DNA of 64,000 nucleotides from Candidatus Kaiserbacteria bacterium RIFCSPLOWO2_01_FULL_50_24 (GCA_001783335.1 MFLU01000002.1:4948-68947); one strand, 5' to 3'; positions 9,665-19,425 are shown, counted from the first letter of the stretch. A program made the numbers and translations. The notes: generated from the letters alone by a model not told the origin.

Positions 9665-10162
9665 CTACGAAAGAAAGTGAAAGAGAATGATTCCTGTAGC
9701 CACAGACACGTTCAGTGATTCTTTGATACCACGCATGGGGATTTCAACAAGCTCGTCGCACTGTGCTAGAAATGCGGGAGAAAGACCGCGCACTTCGTTG
9801 CCGAACACGAATAACGTTTTTTGTTTAAGATTGAATGTCCGGTAGTCACGGGCCCGCGCATCTTGTTCCACGCCAACGACACGCCATCCCTCTCGCTTCA
9901 TGCGCTGGAGCCATGAATTGAGACGGGAGATATGTTGCCACGCCATCGTTTTTTCAGCGCCAAGCGCGGTTTTCGCAATTTCTTTCTGCGCCCGTCCGTA
10001 GCTTTTAGCGAAGGCGGACTGTATTCGTCCGAATTTGTCGTGGGGTAGTGGCGTGTAACCAGAAAGATATACGGCCTTTACTCCCGCAGTGTCCGCCGTT
10101 CTAAAAATGGAACCTACGTTATGCGCGCTCCGAATGTTGTGAAGCAGTACCGCAACTTGCAT
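9665..10162 (-). CDS. TrmH/SpoU family RNA methyltransferase
   Basis: HNIRSAHNVGSIFRTAD, FGNEVRG, IPM.GIKESLNVSVA. Confidence 0.93.
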   Translation of the reverse strand: MQVAVLLHNIRSAHNVGSIFRTADTAGVKAVYLSGYTPLPHDKFGRIQSAFAKSYGRAQKEIAKTALGAEKTMAWQHISRLNSWLQRMKREGWRVVGVEQDARARDYRTFNLKQKTLFVFGNEVRGLSPAFLAQCDELVEIPMRGIKESLNVSVATGIILFHFLS

Positions 10163-10249
10163 GAGTGCATGCTACTCCCTTGCCGTATTTTCTAAAAGCT
10201 ATAAGCTACTATTATGCCCCGCCGTAGGTGACGACAAGCAAGTACGCAA

Positions 10250-10365
10250 TTAAAATTGAAAAACGAAAAAGGAAAAACGACAATGAAAAAGTTAAAACCG
10301 TAGAAGCGCCAGAAATTTTTAATTTTACACTGTCGTTTTAAGATTTTCATTTTTACTTTTTAATT
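10250..10365. repeat. A-rich/T-rich quasi-palindrome (family II)
   Basis: Similar to 20576-20705, 34578-34775, 36084-36480, 42283-42467 and 49368-49497. Confidence 0.8.
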
Positions 10366-10379
10366 TGTACTATTCACCG

Positions 10380-10844
10380 ATGCTTTCTATTTTTCCAGAA
10401 CTATTATTCCTCGCGCCTCTCGCCCCCTTTCTTCTTCGCGTCGCGCTCGCGGGCGTATTCGGATACGCCGCACTGCGGCACTTTGTTTCAAAGCGCGAGG
10501 ACGGCATGCGCACATTGGGCTTTGTTGCGGGGTGGCTTCACGCGTTTTGGATGCAGCCCGCCGGGCAGAGCTCCCTCAGCGGCACCGACGGCAACATTGG
10601 AACTTCTGTGGGACGTTGGGCATTTAAAGTACTGTGGGTCGTTGAAGCTGTAATTGCGATTATTTTCGTTCTCGGTGCGTATACGCAACTTGTCGCACTC
10701 ATCGGTGGCATTGTAGCGGTGGAATGGATGCTCTCGCGCCGTACACGCCCCGTCGCGCGTGGCGCCGCGTTTCTCTCGCTCGTTATGTGTCTCTCGCTTC
10801 TTTTGACCGGAGCCGGAGCACTCGCGTTTGATCTACCACTCTAG
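10380..10844 (+). CDS. DoxX-like membrane protein
   Basis: LLRVAL...VE....LG.YTQ...LLTGAGALAFD. Confidence 0.75.
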   Translation: MLSIFPELLFLAPLAPFLLRVALAGVFGYAALRHFVSKREDGMRTLGFVAGWLHAFWMQPAGQSSLSGTDGNIGTSVGRWAFKVLWVVEAVIAIIFVLGAYTQLVALIGGIVAVEWMLSRRTRPVARGAAFLSLVMCLSLLLTGAGALAFDLPL

Positions 10845-11052
10845 AAATCGCGAAGCTGGAGGCTGGAGACTGGAAAATACCACTCTAGAAATCGTGAAGC
10901 TGGATGGCTGGAAGCTGGAAGAAGCGGTTCAAAAACTGGAAAAAGCGACGTTTTTTAAGTACGATACACACAAGCCTCCCGTAAGCAGAGCTTTCGGGGG
11001 CGGCGTTCGGAGAAAATACGAATACGCTGTATTCTTATTTTACTCCTCTCTA

Positions 11053-11123
11053 CCCCCCGTAGCTCAGTGGTAGAGCAGCAGACTTTTAATCTGTTGATGT
11101 TGGTCCGATTCCAACCGGGGGGA
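11053..11123 (+). tRNA. tRNA-Lys(TTT)
   Basis: CCCCCCG/CGGGGGG acceptor stem, GCAGA-CTTTTAA-TCTGT anticodon arm; T-loop reads TCCGATT. Confidence 0.9.
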
Positions 11124-11171
11124 CAAAGATGAATAATTTTTAAATTACTTCGCATCACAAAAGTACGGCGC

Positions 11172-11540
11172 CGGATTCACCACCTAGAGCGGAGGCGCCT
11201 GTCATCCGAGAGAACCCAGCACCAGTGCAAGCACGGTGCGGGGCATGCATCGCGCTGTATTTGCATCCACAACTTCAAGCGGAGGCGGCATTGCTTCGAG
11301 AAGGCCTTGCGCAGCGCGACGGCGCGAGCAGAGCAAATTTTCAGCAGAAAATTATGCGTGCCTTTCGAGAGGCAATGCCGCCAAGCGAGCGACCCCTGTA
11401 TTTGCATTCCACCACCTAAAGCGGGAGAGGCGCACCTGTTTGGGAGACTTAACCGTAGCGGAGTCCCGCTCCAGTTTTGCTGAAAGACAAAACTGGAGCG
11501 GGACGTGAGCGGTCTCCCAAACAGGTGCGCCAACGGAGCG
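11172..11540 (-). repeat. Array of three structured cassettes (types D, C, B)
   Basis: Each unit starts with a (TTGCAT)CCAC.AC...AGCGG(G)AG-like end; unit C recurs at 28709-28845 and unit B at 58225-58361. Confidence 0.85.
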
Positions 11541-11545
11541 CCCCA

Positions 11546-12823
11546 CTAAATTGCCATCTCAACAGTCACGTAATCGGTTGCGGGTTCGCCGTCGGTTGCG
11601 ACGCACGAGATAGTGAAAACAGTCACACCAGAGAGCGGTACCGTGGACGCGCCCCCTGAAAATCCTGTTTCGTGGAAGCTACCGTCGGGACTCGTTACTA
11701 TGCACGATTCCACGCCTCTTGAATTCCAGAATACTAACGTGCGCGAACCAATGGATACGCGCGCGGGGACGGCCCACACGTGCGCTTCTGGTTCTATAGC
11801 GGGTATCAGTTTTTCCTGCTTCACTTCTTTTTTCGTTTGCTGTAGTGGCTGTAGCACCGGATACACTGCTGTTTGTACTACGGGAAGCGGAGGCGGCGGT
11901 TTGTACCCGCGCCGCTCGCATAAACCATCAAAGAAAGAGCTCGGTATAACATACGTAATGAACGAGCCCGCCCAAGGACGCGATACGCACAAACGTGCGA
12001 CCATACCGCCCTCACCCATCCATGTTCCCGTTTGACCGTAAAATCCGGCCACCTCAAATCCGCGTGTTTCATCCCGTTCGCTGGCGATGGCAGTTGCCCC
12101 CGTGCCGATTTCTTCTATGCGTCCGTAAAGGCCGCTGCCGAGCGACACAGGAGTATCCAATACTCCGGAAGCAAGCGGCGGCTCGGATGAGGACATGTCA
12201 GACTCACTTTCGGTGGCGCGCAAAATTTCTTCACTTACCCCCGATTCCTCGCTGGGCACGTAGGGATCGCTTTGTTCATTGGTAAGCGATCCCATAAGGT
12301 CGCCAACAATGTCTTGCCCACTCGTTTCGCCGAAAGGCGATGTGAGAAGGTTGCTTGCGCCCGGAGAATATATCGCGCACGGATCGGTGGTCGGCGTAGT
12401 CACCTGGTAGTATGAAGGACATAATTGTTGTTGCTGTTGGCTTCCTTGCGATCCCTGCTGCATGAGTTTGTCCAAGACGCCCTTAAGGATATCCATAATC
12501 TCTTTCGGTATGCCGAGAGCCGTCTGTTTACCGTCCAGTCCTTCTGAGCTTATGCCGCGGCAGACACCTGGCGCGCTACTTTTACATATCCCTATCGTTT
12601 TTCTGTCGTTCGTTATATCAACACATGGGATGGCCTGACAAGACACACACCCTGGATCAAAGGGCGAGGGCGTACACTTTCCTGGGTAACAATACTGGGT
12701 TCCACAAAACGCATCTGCTTCCGTAAAAACGGCGTTGGTTGCGTATGGTATGAAAAGAAAACCAGCGGTGAGCAAAATAGCGGCAACCAACACAATACGT
12801 TTGCCATAAAGAAAGCAACTCAT
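11546..12823 (-). CDS. Secreted Cys-rich hypothetical protein with C-terminal Ig-like module
   Basis: Signal peptide, Cys cluster, poly-Q, VFWNS...SC...T.FTISC. Confidence 0.8.
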   Translation of the reverse strand: MSCFLYGKRIVLVAAILLTAGFLFIPYATNAVFTEADAFCGTQYCYPGKCTPSPFDPGCVSCQAIPCVDITNDRKTIGICKSSAPGVCRGISSEGLDGKQTALGIPKEIMDILKGVLDKLMQQGSQGSQQQQQLCPSYYQVTTPTTDPCAIYSPGASNLLTSPFGETSGQDIVGDLMGSLTNEQSDPYVPSEESGVSEEILRATESESDMSSSEPPLASGVLDTPVSLGSGLYGRIEEIGTGATAIASERDETRGFEVAGFYGQTGTWMGEGGMVARLCVSRPWAGSFITYVIPSSFFDGLCERRGYKPPPPLPVVQTAVYPVLQPLQQTKKEVKQEKLIPAIEPEAHVWAVPARVSIGSRTLVFWNSRGVESCIVTSPDGSFHETGFSGGASTVPLSGVTVFTISCVATDGEPATDYVTVEMAI

Positions 12824-12848
12824 ATATCACGATTATACCGTATCTTCT

Positions 12849-13490
12849 CTACATACCGGAGAGCACAAACTGCTCAAGTGCATATTCAAGCTCTACCCCA
12901 CTGCGGCGCGCCTCGTGTGGCAACTCCGCGAGTAGAGCAACAAGTTCAGCCCCTCGACATTGCTCGGCGCTCCTCGCCTGCGCTCGAAGCAACATGTCTT
13001 TCGCCCCCCAAAACAAAACGCCATGTATCGCCTCAGGCGCCACGCCTTTAAGGAGTTCGCACTGATACCCTATCCAAAGCGCTTTTTTATTTTTACCTCG
13101 CAAGGCATTGGTGAGCGCAAAAATGGTTTTGTCCTCTGCCTGTTTTTTTGTGCTGTGTACGACATACTCATGCGCGTATTTTTTAAGCGTGCGTGACAAT
13201 TCCGCATTCGGTTTTTCTTCCAAAACAAAAAAAGTCTCTTCCGAATCGCAAAGCGAGGACAAAGTAGGAGTGAGTATCGCCCGCATTTCATCATTCGCAC
13301 AGACGTCCTCAAATATCACCGCCTGTTTTTCACCAAATAGACCGCCACCACGCAGTGCGTTTTTAAGGTCGTTAACCGTGTGCGCGTCGGTTATGCGCAC
13401 AATACGCGCGCCACTCGCTATAGACGCGATTTTTTTATACATCGCCTCGCGCGCCTTTTTTCTATCAGTGCCAGTGAAAACGTAGAGCAT
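12849..13490 (-). CDS. holA: Short DNA polymerase III delta-subunit-like protein
   Basis: MLYVFTGTD...GGLFGEK..V...IFAL..AL...LE.FVL pattern; divergent. Confidence 0.55.
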   Translation of the reverse strand: MLYVFTGTDRKKAREAMYKKIASIASGARIVRITDAHTVNDLKNALRGGGLFGEKQAVIFEDVCANDEMRAILTPTLSSLCDSEETFFVLEEKPNAELSRTLKKYAHEYVVHSTKKQAEDKTIFALTNALRGKNKKALWIGYQCELLKGVAPEAIHGVLFWGAKDMLLRAQARSAEQCRGAELVALLAELPHEARRSGVELEYALEQFVLSGM

Positions 13491-13500
13491 GCAATAGCTT

Positions 13501-15891
13501 TTAGCTTCTAGCTTCTAGCTTTTTCAATTCTCCCCAGTTCGGACCGAGCGAAGCATCCGCCACAATCGGCACGCCGGAAAGTTTTGACGCGGGCACAACA
13601 CTCTCCATTACGCCTTTAATCTCGCGAGCTATTTCTTCGGCGTGTTTCTCGTCCAGTTCATACACGAGCTCATCGTGTATCTGGAGCACCAGCCGCGCAT
13701 TCGCACCCCACCCACGCTTCTCGAGCATGTGGTCAACATTAACCATGGCAAGTTTCGTGATGTCTGCCGACGAGCCCTGTATCGGAGCGTTTATCGCCAT
13801 GCGCTCCGCCTGCGCGCGAACCTGCGGCAACGGAGAGTGGAGACCCGAAAAGTAACGACGCCTACCGAAAAATGTTTCCGTGAAGCCGCGGCGCGCGGCA
13901 TCGGTTTTCGTTTTTTCAATAAAGCGCGCGAGGTCGGAGAAGTTTTTGAAATAGTTATCCAGAAACGTTTGTGCTTCTTCGCGCTCTACGTCGGCGCCAA
14001 GAGATGAGCGCAACGACACAACACCCATGCCGTACAAAATCCCGAAGTTAATGACTTTCGCGCGCCGTCGCATCTCATAGTCCACTTTTCCACGCGGCAC
14101 CGAGAATACCAACGATGCGACAGACGAGTGCACATCGCCTCCGCTCTTAAAAACGCTGACGAGATTCTTGTCGCCGGAGAGCCCCGCCGCAAGCCGCAGC
14201 TCTATCTGCGAGTAATCCAGCGCCGCGAGCACAGAGCCGGGCGGTGCAACAAATGCGCGGCGTATATGCTTCCCCCGTTCACCCTGTATGGGAATATTCT
14301 GCATATTCGGATTCTGTGAGCTCATGCGTCCGGTGGTCGTCCCAGACTGCACAAACTCCGTATGCAAGCGTCCGTCGCTTCCAATAAGTTTCGGGAGTTT
14401 CGAGACATAGGTTGAGAGCAGTTTTTTCAGTTCGCGGTACAGGAGCACGTCATCCACAATCGGGTGTTGTCCGGAAAGCTTTGCGAGCTCTTCTTCGCGC
14501 GTCGTGCGCGCGCCTCCAGACGTTAATTTCTGCCGCGCAGGTGCGAGCTTGAGCTCGTCAAATAGAACTTCGGCAAGCTGACGCGGAGAGCTCACGTTAA
14601 ATTCGCGCCCCGCGTATTTCATAATGCGCCCCGCGACCACATGGAGTTCTTTTTCATACTCTTTTGCCAGCCCCTTCAAGTACGGCACATCAAGAAGCAC
14701 ACCGACGGCATTCATTCTCTCAACAACCGGTACCAAGGAACGCTCTATGGTTTCATACACCTCTTTTAGACGCCCCGTCTTTTCAAGTTCTTCACATATA
14801 TTCTTGCGCGCCTTTTCAAAATCGCGCGTATGCGCATACTGAAAAATATCCTCAAGCGTCGGGTTAGTTGTGTCAGAATGCAGAAGCCACAGCGCGAGCG
14901 ACACCTCTTTCAATAGCTGTGCGTCCACAGAAGGAAATAATGTGCCATTACTCTTTTCTTCCGACGTTTTTGCTCCAGTCGCTTTTAGTACGCGTTCCTT
15001 GAGTGAGCGAAACTCAAACTCGTCACATAACGACGTAACCGCCGCCGCATAATCCGCCAAACACCATTCGCGTTTGGGAAGCGAGAACGATATCGGAGCG
15101 CTCTCCAGTATCACCGCGAGCTTTTTTGAAAACAGCGCGTCTTTCTCGCCGTCCACCACAAGCTCTATAGAGCGTTTCGTGAACCCCGCTTTTTCAAGCG
15201 CCTGCGCGTCTTTTTTAAGAGCGCCGTATATCTTTTCCAAAGAACCGAATTTTTTCACCAGTTCGGTCGCTGTCTTTTCCCCAACGCCCGCTATGCCTTT
15301 GATGTTATCCGACGGATCTCCGCGAAGCCCTTTGTAGTCGGGCAAAAGCGCGGGAACAAAACCGAAGCGCTCGCGCACCTTACCTTCGTCGTAGAGAACC
15401 GTATCAGAAAGCCCTTGTCGCATCGTGTACACTTTTACGCGCGAACCCTCTACCAGTTGCAACGTGTCCAAGTCGCCAGATGCAATAACAATCTCTATGT
15501 TTTTTTCACGCACTAGTTTTTTAACAATCGTTCCTATCACATCGTCGGCCTCAAAGCCGGCGGCCTCGTGGAGCGGAATGCCGAACGCAGCAAACACTTT
15601 CGGCGCCGCCTCAAGCTGTGACACAAGTTCTTTGTCTGCTTTTGGGCGAGTACCTTTGTATTCTTTGTAGAGCGTGTGCCGATTTGTCGGCCCCGGCAAA
15701 TCGCGTGCCGCTACAATATAGTCGGGCTTAAGATCAGCGGTGATTTTCAAGAGCATGGAGATAAGACCATAAAGAGCACCGGTGGGTTCGCCCTTTGACG
15801 ACGAGAAGTCGGGTAACGCGTGATACGCGCGATGGATAATGGCGTGCGAATCCAAAATAACGAGACGTTTCAGTGTTTTCTTGTATACCAT
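13501..15891 (-). CDS. polA: DNA polymerase I (5'-3' exonuclease plus polymerase; proofreading region reduced)
   Basis: EADDVIG, GDPSDNI, TGRMSSQNPNMQNIP, DYSQIELR, QIHDEL. Confidence 0.97.
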   Translation of the reverse strand: MVYKKTLKRLVILDSHAIIHRAYHALPDFSSSKGEPTGALYGLISMLLKITADLKPDYIVAARDLPGPTNRHTLYKEYKGTRPKADKELVSQLEAAPKVFAAFGIPLHEAAGFEADDVIGTIVKKLVREKNIEIVIASGDLDTLQLVEGSRVKVYTMRQGLSDTVLYDEGKVRERFGFVPALLPDYKGLRGDPSDNIKGIAGVGEKTATELVKKFGSLEKIYGALKKDAQALEKAGFTKRSIELVVDGEKDALFSKKLAVILESAPISFSLPKREWCLADYAAAVTSLCDEFEFRSLKERVLKATGAKTSEEKSNGTLFPSVDAQLLKEVSLALWLLHSDTTNPTLEDIFQYAHTRDFEKARKNICEELEKTGRLKEVYETIERSLVPVVERMNAVGVLLDVPYLKGLAKEYEKELHVVAGRIMKYAGREFNVSSPRQLAEVLFDELKLAPARQKLTSGGARTTREEELAKLSGQHPIVDDVLLYRELKKLLSTYVSKLPKLIGSDGRLHTEFVQSGTTTGRMSSQNPNMQNIPIQGERGKHIRRAFVAPPGSVLAALDYSQIELRLAAGLSGDKNLVSVFKSGGDVHSSVASLVFSVPRGKVDYEMRRRAKVINFGILYGMGVVSLRSSLGADVEREEAQTFLDNYFKNFSDLARFIEKTKTDAARRGFTETFFGRRRYFSGLHSPLPQVRAQAERMAINAPIQGSSADITKLAMVNVDHMLEKRGWGANARLVLQIHDELVYELDEKHAEEIAREIKGVMESVVPASKLSGVPIVADASLGPNWGELKKLEARS

Positions 15892-15927
15892 ACTAGATCA
15901 GCGAATTATATTGCACAAAACATTGGA

Positions 15928-16098
15928 ACCAAACGAACGCTAAAATTCCAAGCACCAAGCACCAAATTACAAACAATATCTAAATTCTAATTACTAAATA
16001 CCAAACACAATATGTTGGTTTTGAATTTGTGATTTTGGTGATTTGAATTTATTTGTAATTTGGAATTTGTTATTTGGATTTGTTTGTGATGTCTGTGT
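15928..16098. repeat. Family I quasi-palindrome copy
   Basis: AAATTCCAAGCACCAAGCACCAAATTACAAACAATATCTAAATT... Confidence 0.85.
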
Positions 16099-16099
16099 T

Positions 16100-16537
16100 T
16101 CAAGAATTGTATTCAACAAACCTCTCCTCCCCTTCCCCGATAGTAAACGCGAGACGTCGGGCGTCAGGCGGCATCGCGCCCTCCACATGCTCCGGCCATT
16201 CAATAAGTATAAGCGTACCCTCGTCTCCCAAAAGCTCCTTGAAGCCGAGGACATCAAGTTCGTGTGTGTTTTCTAAACGGTACGCATCTATATGTACTAT
16301 TTTTTTAAACGGCCCGCGTGGGGGTATATATACTTTCTCAATCACAAAGGTGGGACTCGTGACAGGCTCTTCTATTCCGTACGAGCGCAACACTCCCCGT
16401 ACGAAAGTGGTTTTCCCCGCACCGAGAGGGCCGGAGAGCGCCACAACCGTAGCGCGACTCTCAAACGGCGTAATTCCTGCGACATAGTTCGCCGCAAAAT
16501 CCTCCATCTCCTTTTCTCCCAAAACGCGCAACTTCAT
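16100..16537 (-). CDS. tsaE: t6A biosynthesis ATPase TsaE
   Basis: LSGPLGAGKTT, VTSPTF, HIDAYRL, LIEWPE. Confidence 0.96.
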   Translation of the reverse strand: MKLRVLGEKEMEDFAANYVAGITPFESRATVVALSGPLGAGKTTFVRGVLRSYGIEEPVTSPTFVIEKVYIPPRGPFKKIVHIDAYRLENTHELDVLGFKELLGDEGTLILIEWPEHVEGAMPPDARRLAFTIGEGEERFVEYNS

Positions 16538-16583
16538 GCCCGTCAGTATACTTAATCGAAAAGGCACCGTCATTCGTTACGTC

Positions 16584-16853
16584 TTACCGATACACTTCGT
16601 CGTGTGTTCCGATATCCAGAAACAAAACATGGCCATCCATGAGAAATATGAACTTGATGCGGTACTTTCGATTGACGGAGAACGCCCACACAGCTCTATC
16701 TTTGCCGTTCAACTTGTGCGTTTCCAAACTGGGATGAAATGGATGTTCGCGGAAAAGTCGCTCCTTCTCTTTCGCACTTTCTTTGACCGACCTCGGTAAT
16801 TTTCGGTATCGTTTCTCAAAACGAGCGTTCGTCTTAATACTGACGACTCTCAT
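16584..16853 (-). CDS. RelE/YafQ-superfamily toxin
   Basis: F.K.Y.KL...PFHPSL.THKL.G....FSV...YRI.F...DIGTHD.VY. Confidence 0.88.
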   Translation of the reverse strand: MRVVSIKTNARFEKRYRKLPRSVKESAKEKERLFREHPFHPSLETHKLNGKDRAVWAFSVNRKYRIKFIFLMDGHVLFLDIGTHDEVYR

Positions 16854-16860
16854 ATATCCG

Positions 16861-17079
16861 TTAATCAAGATCGGCAAGAGATCGAATGGTGCGCGTTTTT
16901 CCTTCCATATGTTCTCGCAATCCCTCCTCCACGAGCTTGTCTAAACCTGTGGCGGCTTTACCAGTGAGATAGAACGTAGGGACCGCAGCATGCAAAAGAC
17001 GCTGGTACTCCTTTATCGGCAGAACAACAACACCCGCTTCTTTCCTGATCTTTGATTTTGCAATAGTTACGGTACTCAT
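16861..17079 (-). CDS. Putative antitoxin
   Basis: Small ORF just upstream of the toxin; VVLPIKEY...EG.T....SL.DL. Confidence 0.75.
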   Translation of the reverse strand: MSTVTIAKSKIRKEAGVVVLPIKEYQRLLHAAVPTFYLTGKAATGLDKLVEEGLREHMEGKTRTIRSLADLD

Positions 17080-17472
17080 AGCACCACCATAGCATTCCTT
17101 TGGAGGATATCAACTCGGAGAACAAACCGACAAGTATATATCGACTTACGAAGTCGATATAATTAGGTCAATACGAAGGTCGGTATAACCTGAAATCGTT
17201 GTCTTATTGCGCCTATAGTGCTCAATTCTCAATACCCGGTTGAGCTTCTATCAGTTCCGGTTTCGTCAGAGTTACACTCTCCGACTTTCCTAACGGTCGT
17301 GAAATAAGGAGGGTTGCTGAGAGTAATTCGTGCCCCCCTCAGTTTCGCCACCATACGCGTCTGGTTTTCTTTCGACAAACGTATCGAATTTTGGTATTTC
17401 CGGCATCATATTCAAACCATAACATAAGAGAACGCGGCTTTGTCGTAGTAATTTGTTGTTATAATACAACAC

Positions 17473-19167
17473 ATGGTGCAATTAAGTGATGAAAGAAAAC
17501 AGGATGAGCGCCTGGCAGAGTTGCATAAGAGGGAGGAGGAAAAGCTCGCGGAGATGCTCTCTTCAAAGTACGGCGTGGAGTATGTGGATCTCTCCTCCAA
17601 ATCCATTGATACAGACGCGTTACGCCTCATTCCGGAAAAGGAAGCGCGCGAAGCGGAAATCGCGGCATTCCGCAAAATGAACAAGCGCATTATGGTTGCC
17701 ATGCGCGCGCCAGAGCGACAGGACGCCTTGAGAGCAATACAAAATCTTGAGCGGCTTGGTTATGAGACGCGACGATTCATCGTATCGCGCGCATCACTAG
17801 AGCGCGCGTGGAACCGCTACAAGGACCTTTCGTACGCCACCGAAACCGAAGCTGGCGTATTGACGCTCTCCAACGAAACTATCCAAAAAATGCTTACAAA
17901 GCTGAAAACGCTCCGAGACATCAAGCAGCACATAGACGACAGCATTATGAGTAAAGACCCGCACCGCATATCGCGCGTTCTGGAAATTATCATGTCGGGC
18001 TCACTCGCCCTCGGTGCATCCGACGTACACCTGGAGCCGGAGCAAGAAAACGTGCGCATGCGCTATCGGCTTGATGGCGTTCTCGTAGACGTCCTCATGC
18101 TTGACATCCCGACCTACGCACTCATTTCGAGCCGCATAAAACTCCTCTCTGGCCTAAAACTAAACATCAAACACGCTGCGCAAGACGGTCGTTTTTCCAT
18201 TGTGGTCAACGAGCGGGAAATTGAGATTCGCACCTCCATGCTTCCGGGGGCGTACGCCGAGACCATCGTCATGCGCCTCCTTGATCCGGCAACAATCGGC
18301 CTTCCTATGGAAGAACTTGGGTTTGACAAGTACCTCATGGAAATCCTGAATCGCGAAATTCAAAAACCGAATGGCATGCTCCTCAACACAGGACCGACGG
18401 GGTCGGGAAAAACGACGACTCTCTATGCGTTTTTGCGCAAAGTGCACAAGCCAGAGATTAAAATCGTTACCATAGAAGACCCGATTGAATACCACCTTCC
18501 GGGCATCGTTCAAACACAGGTATCGCGCGACTACACCTTCGCGCTCGGCCTGCGCTCTACGCTCCGCCAAGACCCAGACATCATCATGGTCGGCGAGATA
18601 CGCGACGCGGAGGTTGCCTCAACTGCCGTCCACGCATCCTTGACCGGCCATCTCGTATTCTCCACGCTCCACACCAATGATGCGGCAGGAGCGTTTCCGC
18701 GACTCATTGACATGGGCGTGTCCGCAGACATTTTAGGTGCGGCAATCACCGTTGCCATGGCACAGCGTCTAGTGCGGCGGCTTTGCCCGAAGTGCCGCGA
18801 GGCGCAGCCCATAACGGGCGCGAGCGCAAAACTCTTAGCGCCCCTCCTTACCAACATCCCGCATCCAGAAGACATGCCGCAAAATCGGGACACGATGTGG
18901 GTCGCGAAAGGATGCGACGCGTGCGGCGGCATAGGCTACAAGGGACGCGTCGCGGTCATTGAGGTAATTCTCATGGACAGGGCGATAGAAGAAATAGTAC
19001 GCAAAACTTCTAGCGAGCGAGAAATTTGGCGCGCGTCGCGTGCCCAGAAAATCCGCCGAATGGCGCAAGACGGCGCGGTGAAGGTGCTGAAGGGTGTAAC
19101 TTCAGTAGAAGAGCTCAGTCGTGTCGTTGATTTGACTAATGAGGTGATGCTGGAAACGTTGGCGTAG
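17473..19167 (+). CDS. pilB: Type IV pilus assembly ATPase PilB/GspE
   Basis: ASDVHLEP, GPTGSGKTTT, EDPIEY, LRQDPD, STLHTND, CPKC..C..C. Confidence 0.95.
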   Translation: MVQLSDERKQDERLAELHKREEEKLAEMLSSKYGVEYVDLSSKSIDTDALRLIPEKEAREAEIAAFRKMNKRIMVAMRAPERQDALRAIQNLERLGYETRRFIVSRASLERAWNRYKDLSYATETEAGVLTLSNETIQKMLTKLKTLRDIKQHIDDSIMSKDPHRISRVLEIIMSGSLALGASDVHLEPEQENVRMRYRLDGVLVDVLMLDIPTYALISSRIKLLSGLKLNIKHAAQDGRFSIVVNEREIEIRTSMLPGAYAETIVMRLLDPATIGLPMEELGFDKYLMEILNREIQKPNGMLLNTGPTGSGKTTTLYAFLRKVHKPEIKIVTIEDPIEYHLPGIVQTQVSRDYTFALGLRSTLRQDPDIIMVGEIRDAEVASTAVHASLTGHLVFSTLHTNDAAGAFPRLIDMGVSADILGAAITVAMAQRLVRRLCPKCREAQPITGASAKLLAPLLTNIPHPEDMPQNRDTMWVAKGCDACGGIGYKGRVAVIEVILMDRAIEEIVRKTSSEREIWRASRAQKIRRMAQDGAVKVLKGVTSVEELSRVVDLTNEVMLETLA

Positions 19168-19204
19168 TAAACTATGTGCTCCACCGTAGGGGATAATCGT
19201 AGTT

Positions 19205-19398
19205 CAAAACACAAAGTACAGACTTCTCAAAAAATCCAAATTACAAATCCCAAACTCCAAACAAATTCAAATCACCGAAATCACAAATTCAAAACAGACA
19301 TGTCGTGTTTGGTATTTAGAAATTGGAATTTAGATATTGTTTGTGATTTGGTGCTTGGTGCTTGGAATTTTAGCGTTCGTTTGGTTCCTGTGTTTTGT
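19205..19398. repeat. Family I quasi-palindrome copy (inverted)
   Basis: Reverse complement of 15928-16098. Confidence 0.85.
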
Positions 19399-19425
19399 AC
19401 TCTTTTATTTATTCCCTAACGAAAT

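Noticed and set aside
11172-11540. CRISPR array (also considered for 41197-41614)
   Set aside because: Units are too long, repeats are degenerate or inverted, and no cas genes are present
17290-17410. Short ORF MMPEIPKFD... as a pseudogene
   Set aside because: No recognisable similarity; cannot be supported
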